Of a DNA stretch of 64,000 nucleotides, positions 63,849 to 64,000 are shown in pieces. The stretch lies in contig NC_069005.1 in assembly GCF_001194135.2 (NCBI RefSeq), forward strand, positions 6,621,182 through 6,685,181. Direction: 5' to 3'. Below the pieces are notes generated by a model. The model had not been told where the DNA came from. It worked only from the letters and a program-made list of their open reading frames with translations, and ran no database searches. Numbering within the stretch: the stretch's first letter is position 1; every line of letters starts with the position of its first letter. This DNA comes from Octopus bimaculoides. Taxonomy: Eukaryota. The position numbers and the translations under genes are program-made.

Positions 63849-64000
63849 CTACAATAGAAACAAAAACACAAAAAAAAAATAATAGAAACAAAACAAAAAC
63901 AAGGCAAAGAAAAATTGGGAAATCTATAAGAGAAATGAGAATATTAGAAATTATATAGCATCCAGTATACTCTGTAGAGTGGATGGCATCAGGAAGAACC

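Noticed and set aside
131-63907. Most ORFs in the supplied track (poly-Ile, poly-His, [11 protein letters not shown]-filled)
   Set aside because: They are translations of microsatellites, SINEs or N gaps; only short parts overlapping the reconstructed exons or TE remnants are meaningful.

Overview
Eukaryotic animal genomic DNA from a gapped draft assembly. The repeat landscape (dense TA/CA/ATT/CAT microsatellites, several tRNA-derived SINE families, RTE-type LINE tails) points to an octopus genome; this is an inference. The six-frame ORF track is almost entirely microsatellite or repeat noise. I reconstructed four spliced protein-coding genes by hand from GT-AG exons with consistent reading frames: (1) a G-protein alpha subunit of the rare fifth class, Gv (GNAV1-like), + strand, 8 exons at 15184-22480, first exon not found; (2) a complete NDUFB5 (complex I SGDH subunit), - strand, 6 exons, 188 aa; (3) a complete GLOD4, + strand, 10 exons, 312 aa; (4) the 3' four exons of a DDX19/Dbp5 DEAD-box helicase, - strand. 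An intact tRNA-Gly(GCC) and a DD37D (maT) transposon fossil sit in the head-to-head NDUFB5/GLOD4 interval. The most unusual non-coding signals are: Penelope-type minimal hammerhead ribozyme motifs, including an inverted pair forming an 86-bp-arm hairpin in a Gv intron; a five-unit ~150-bp tandem array built from the C-terminal coding sequence of an RTE LINE; a copy-number-variable 66-bp double-hairpin array in the 3' UTR of a second RTE family; modular shuffling of SINE heads and tails; and a solo LTR with a 5-bp TSD. I found no CRISPR array or prokaryotic system, and no wholly new multi-gene system is supported. Repeat boundaries are approximate; exon coordinates were counted base by base.
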